From assembly GCA_010909165.1 (NCBI GenBank), contig VJWM01000106.1, positions 868,001 through 932,000 of the forward strand: a stretch of DNA of 64,000 bases, given 5' to 3'. The position numbers and the translations under genes were made by a program. Source of the DNA: Anthoceros angustus. Taxonomy: Eukaryota; Plantae; Anthocerotophyta. Numbering within the stretch: the stretch's first letter is position 1; each line of letters opens with the position of its first letter. Positions 59,586-64,000 of this stretch are shown here, in pieces. The notes beneath the pieces were generated by a model that worked only from the letters and a program-made list of their open reading frames with translations, was not told the DNA's origin and did no database searches.

Positions 59586-59809
59586 GAGTTGTATTCGACA
59601 GGCGTCGGGTTCTTGTGTTCTCGTCCGGTTGTCATCACTCAAGGTTTCTTTCACCTGTCCGGACAGGTTCGTTATCGAACTGCAGGTAGCCTGACTGCTG
59701 TTGGACTAACCACACTCGACAGTTTTTTTTAGTGAATTTAAAGACTTTTAAAGTATATATCAAAATCTCAAATTCCACGCGCCGGAATTTGATGAGCGTA
59801 GGGCACTAA

Positions 59810-59950
59810 CAATTGGAATTCGATTTAGAGTAACCCGGGCACTAACGACTAGAATTTGACAATTGGAATTTGATTTAGACTAAAATTTGACAATTGAAAT
59901 TTGATTTAGACTAAAAGTTGACGACTGGAATTTGATTTGATTTAGAGTAA
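59810..59950. repeat. Degenerate GAATTTGATTTAGA-based tandem repeats
   Basis: Several GAATTTGACAATTGGAATTTGATTTAGACTAAAA-like units. Confidence 0.7.
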
Positions 59951-60342
59951 CCCCGTATGGCACTACCAATTGGCGACCTCGCACACCAGCATGATGTTTA
60001 TAGCTTGGATGGGCAACTCCTCATCTAAGTATTGATCCGTCCCAAGGATGAACGCAATGTCGGGATGTCACTCCTTGAAGGGAGGACACCTTCGTCAGGT
60101 GCTCCCACGCTATCCTCCTGGGCGTGCCCTAGCTCTCTATCCTCTTGGGTGCCCTATTTTTTCGTCAAGCTTGGACATCCGGCTTGCCTGCTCACCGCGA
60201 GCTCTGACCATGGGACTTCGCACATCACAAGCCCTAAGAATACGAGTTCAGGGAAAAGTCTTGCGACTCCTTGGTTAAGCTTTTAGAAAGACAGGCTTTC
60301 TACAAGAATCCTGAACTGGAACCAATGCCCACAATTTATGTC

Positions 60343-60858
60343 TCCAAATGGCTTAGGCCAAATGGACACACGTTTATAAGAACATCGTGATTAAGCATCT
60401 TGAGCTTAGATCGGTACTTAAATGGGGTGCCTAAAGGAAGTGGATGCCCGTGCAAGTAACTTAGGCACACCATGGTACAAGTTGTTAAGCACCAAGTCTC
60501 ATGACGGAAATCCGTCCTAAGTGGACTTTAATAAAATTCTTCTTCTTCTTCTATCTAGCACCACCTTAGGACTTTAATGAAATTCTTCTTCTTCTTCTAT
60601 CTAGCACCACCTTAGGACTTTAAAAAAATCCTTCTTCTTCTATCTAGCACCACCTTAGGACTTTAATAAAATTCTTCTTCTTCTTCTATCTAGCACCACA
60701 CCTGTTCTGGGGTGCCTAAAGGGAGTGGATGCCCTTGGTGCAAGTAGCTTAGGCACACCATGGTACAAGTTGTTAAGTACCAAGTCTTATGATGAAAATC
60801 CGTCGTAAGTGGACTTAAATAAAATTCTTCTTCTTCTTCTTCTATCTAGCACCACACC
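60343..60858 (+). repeat. Dispersed repeat, copy B, with internal tandem duplications and AATAAAA(TTC)n tails
   Basis: Same head as 51262. GGGGTGCCTAAAGG...AATAAAATTCTTCTTC...TATCTAGCACCAC block is duplicated, and the tail unit occurs about 5 times. Confidence 0.85.
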
Positions 60859-61235
60859 TACTCAGTGAGGCTGTAGCTTTGTCGTGCCCTTACTTTGCGC
60901 TGGTCTACTACCAGCCCTCAAAGTGCGAATTTGCAATACCATCAAATAGTCAAGCACATCTTCCCAATCCGTCATGGTAAGGATGTCATTTTGGAATTAG
61001 GGTCAACCAACAAGAGGTAAAGAGACTATGAGGAGGACAATTTTCCCAAAATTGTAGCCTCCTGCCAACCCTAGCCCAAAATTACACAATTCGTTGCTAG
61101 TGTGCCGTTCCAGCGCAATGATAGAGGTTTGCTTATAGTATAAGCTATAAGCTCATGTGTAGCTAATTATAGCTTTTGCCTATTTTTTCATCTCATATAA
61201 TCTTTTTTTCTTTTTTAATATTATCTCAAATAATT

Positions 61236-61263
61236 ACGTGGCCGTAGGTTCGATCCTCCGTAC
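61236..61263 (+). pseudogene. Degenerate 3'-half copy of tRNA-Lys
   Basis: ACGTGGCCGTAGGTTCGATCCTCCGTAC versus ACGTGGTCGTGGGTTCGATCCCCACGGAC in the intact tRNA. Confidence 0.65.
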
Positions 61264-61318
61264 TCATACGTCTTCCTGCTTTGTATATATTTATTAACTA
61301 TTCCCTTTCCTCCCGTCT

Positions 61319-61390
61319 GCCGTCCTAGCTCAGTGGTAGAGCGCGTGGCTTTTAACCACGTGGTCGTGGGTTCGATCCCCACGGACGGCG
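61319..61390 (+). tRNA. trnK-UUU: tRNA-Lys(UUU)
   Basis: Full cloverleaf GCCGTCC TA GCTC AGTGGTA GAGC G CGTGG CTTTTAA CCACG TGGTC GTGGG TTCGATC CCCAC GGACGGC G; TATA-like sequence upstream. Confidence 0.97.
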
Positions 61391-61504
61391 TGGCTTGGAC
61401 GAAAACCACAATTGACCGATAACGTTTCCACCCTGAGCATACCTTTCCCCATGGGGCTGTCGGGGGCTAGCCAGTTGCCGTGCATTTGCGAAGGAAGGCA
61501 AGTT

Positions 61505-61608
61505 CAAATGGCTTGGGCCAATTGGACACACGTTTATAAGAACGTAGACCGGTACCTAGATGGGGTCCCTAAAGGGAGTGGACTTCAATAAAATTCTTCT
61601 TCGTCTTC
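61505..61608 (+). repeat. Dispersed repeat, copy C (internally deleted)
   Basis: CAAATGGCTTGGGCCAATTGGACACACGTTTATAAGAAC...GGGGTCCCTAAAGGGAGTGGACTTCAATAAAATTCTTCTTC. Confidence 0.85.
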
Positions 61609-62027
61609 ATGGACGAGCCGTTCAACAAGAATCAATAGACCGGACAAAAGCCCCGCGCAAGACGAGGATGGTTTCCTACCAACAAATGAAGCTTTTATAA
61701 CCAGGGGGGGACTCGTCACCGTCTCACACTAGCACGCAATTTAATCTTTCATGCTTCTTCAAGCGACGATGGTGCATGTTGCTTCGCCAATCCAAGGCTT
61801 TTCAGATTTCCCCCAATAAAAGAGTGATACGAGAGCTTATCGGCATCATCTACTCCGGTAAGGACGTGCCGAAACTGTCCAGTGGAGAAGTAGGCCCCCG
61901 GAACACCATCCATCTCAAGAAGCGCGCTCTGCACTTTGTACACCTCAAGATCTAGACGGGTGGCAGATTGTTGTCATTCTTGTCATGATTCATCGCACGA
62001 CGGGGAATCTACAAAAGCAGCGCAAAC

Positions 62028-63956
62028 TCAAGGCGCTCGCAACTCTTGAAATGGAGGGCGTTCCAAAGCTAGCCATCCAAATTTGCCAGACCGGAAGTCG
62101 TTGAGCACTCTATATGATGCTTGGTCAACATCTCCATTGAACATGGGACTCAGCCGCTCCAAATACCTGAAGTTTAGCCATTAGTGTGTCAACCAACCGA
62201 GACGTCACAGTTGGCTGCACACCGAACAGGAGAAGAAACTTTTCCTAAGGTGCATGAACATGCATGGGTTGAGACGACTTACTCCTCTCCTGACAAGCTG
62301 CCAACGTCAACTTTATAGCGCTGCTCGAGGACTTCAGCACCTGAAACACCCAGAAGTTGTTGTGGGCAAAGTGAGAACAAAGAACAACTCTAATTTCCTG
62401 GACGCCCATGTCTTGAACCGCAGCTTTACCTGCAGTAGGCATGCGCTTTATCATCTCGATCAGCACAGCCGCAACACCAGCCACAGCATAAGCCGCCTCT
62501 CCGATGTCATTGCATATAGCAAGCCTAGTTGCAGCAGCCTGATCCAGTATCTTCATAGGCAGTACTCCTGGGGCGTCCAACAAATCAAGATCCTCACCAA
62601 TGCGTGCCCATCTTGGCACACACAGACATTTTAGGAGGAAAAACTTTTTTCTTACCACCTGAATTGCAGGAGCAAAGCAGAAAACAAGTTCCAAATCAGA
62701 GACAGTACAACATACTTCAGATCTCGAGTGACTCCAGGTCTTGGTGCAGCTTCACATAGTTTGCGCCTCAGAAGACGGTTTATTAGAGACGATTTCCCAA
62801 CGTTTGGATACCCAACAACAGCAGCACGCACCTGCCAACCACACAGGGAATCACATTGTGTGGAGTAGACACAGCCTAAACCACTTTTGAAGATGCCCAA
62901 TAGGAGCCTCATGCCTCACCGCACGAGGAAGAAGGCCTTTTGCTCTTCGCCTTGCATTGATATCTGCTGCCACTGTTTTTGATGTTCGGGCCAGCTTCAT
63001 GGAACCCTGCACGAGACAAACGGTTCCATGAGATCCTCAAAGTCTGAAGAAATAACAGCAGAACAATACTCCCACAGCAGCAAGATAGCAACGGGACAGA
63101 GAAGGGCAGTAAAGCCTAAACTTGAGTTGATTATCAACGGAATCTAGTACAGATCAAAGAGCATGTGCCTCTCAGTCAGCAACTGCCCCTGAACTTACAG
63201 CTCCCCGTCGACCATCTGTGAACAACGCAGTCTCCCCACGTTGGGCAAAATAGGCAGCCCACACATTCCTGTCAGCAGTGGAGATCATGTCCTCCCGGTT
63301 CAAGACCAGTATCTTCATCTTGTCGCCTATCCACGAGTCAATCTGCGGCAAGAGCTCCTACTGAGAGAAATCCAAACGCCAGGAAGGAAAACTGCAACAA
63401 CGCATATACAAGCTCAAGCCCGACGGTTGGATCCTTACAGACCTCAGGATGGCAAGTTGACATGGGAATCCTTGCATCCCGCACTTCAATAATCACATCC
63501 ATTAACCGCAGCTGCTCTTTAAGTTTTCTCTCCGCTTTTGCAATGTGTCCTGGATACCACTGTCAAGACATGCTCTTCCATAAACCTTCACATGTGCAAC
63601 AGCCTTGCAATCTGGGATACTGTCAAGCTGTTGATGGTCGTGTACCTGGACAAGACGGGCGGATCTGGTGAGGTAGCCCACATCTGCATCCAAATCAGCC
63701 CACTCTTTCTCTGAAGTCGGTGCCATGCGGGCTGTTGCCGTAACACGGCATGGTGGCCATCCATTTCCAGAGCCTCTACTCTGTTCAACGATGGGTCACG
63801 AGATCGTCAGGCATGGCTGGAGCCAGAGCACGAAAGCACCTGGGGAAGGTAGGGTAGAATCCGTACCTTGGCTGGCAACGCGAATTCTCTGCACCGAGAA
63901 TGAGCAGCCTCACAGCTCGAGAGATGTGGCACCACAGGCAGATACACTCCGGCCAT
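62028..63956 (-). CDS. DGP3: Plastid RbgA/YlqF circularly permuted GTPase (DAR GTPase 3-like), multi-exon
   Basis: LVQ|[69 protein letters not shown]; transit-peptide exon starts at 63956. Confidence 0.93.
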
Positions 63957-64000
63957 GGCAAATGGACACAGCGAACGAAAACGGAGCTTAACTGGACGAT

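Noticed and set aside
32465-61390. Functional clustering of TRM9 with its substrate tRNA-Lys(UUU)
   Set aside because: They are about 28 kb apart with unrelated genes between; best explained as coincidence.
61749-61943. 64-aa minus-strand ORF after the RbgA gene
   Set aside because: No recognisable motif or splice support; probably 3' UTR.

Overview
Gene-dense nuclear DNA with short introns from a seed-free land plant, most likely a hornwort (Anthoceros-like). This is inferred from a GRP-type DYW:KP PPR gene, betaine-lipid synthase BTA1, the flagellar gene CFAP100 and introns of about 100 bp. It holds about 13 intact genes: PLS-PPR-DYW:KP (5' end outside window), L-type lectin RLK, BTA1, GEX1, a small plastid membrane protein, HSPA12-type Hsp70, DUF1475, TRM9, SUA, CFAP100, LOS4/DBP5, CDC20, a vWA protein and an RbgA GTPase. 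There is also tRNA-Lys(UUU), two PPR pseudogene fragments, a copia remnant and many tandem repeats. The main new observation is two non-autonomous TIR transposons with TATGGNATACC termini and 6-bp TSDs (IS3EU-like signature), one carrying a decayed PLS-PPR gene fragment. Other highlights are paired P1BS palindromes in front of BTA1 and two gamete genes that are far more AT-rich than their neighbours. Exon coordinates were read by hand and may be off by a few bases.
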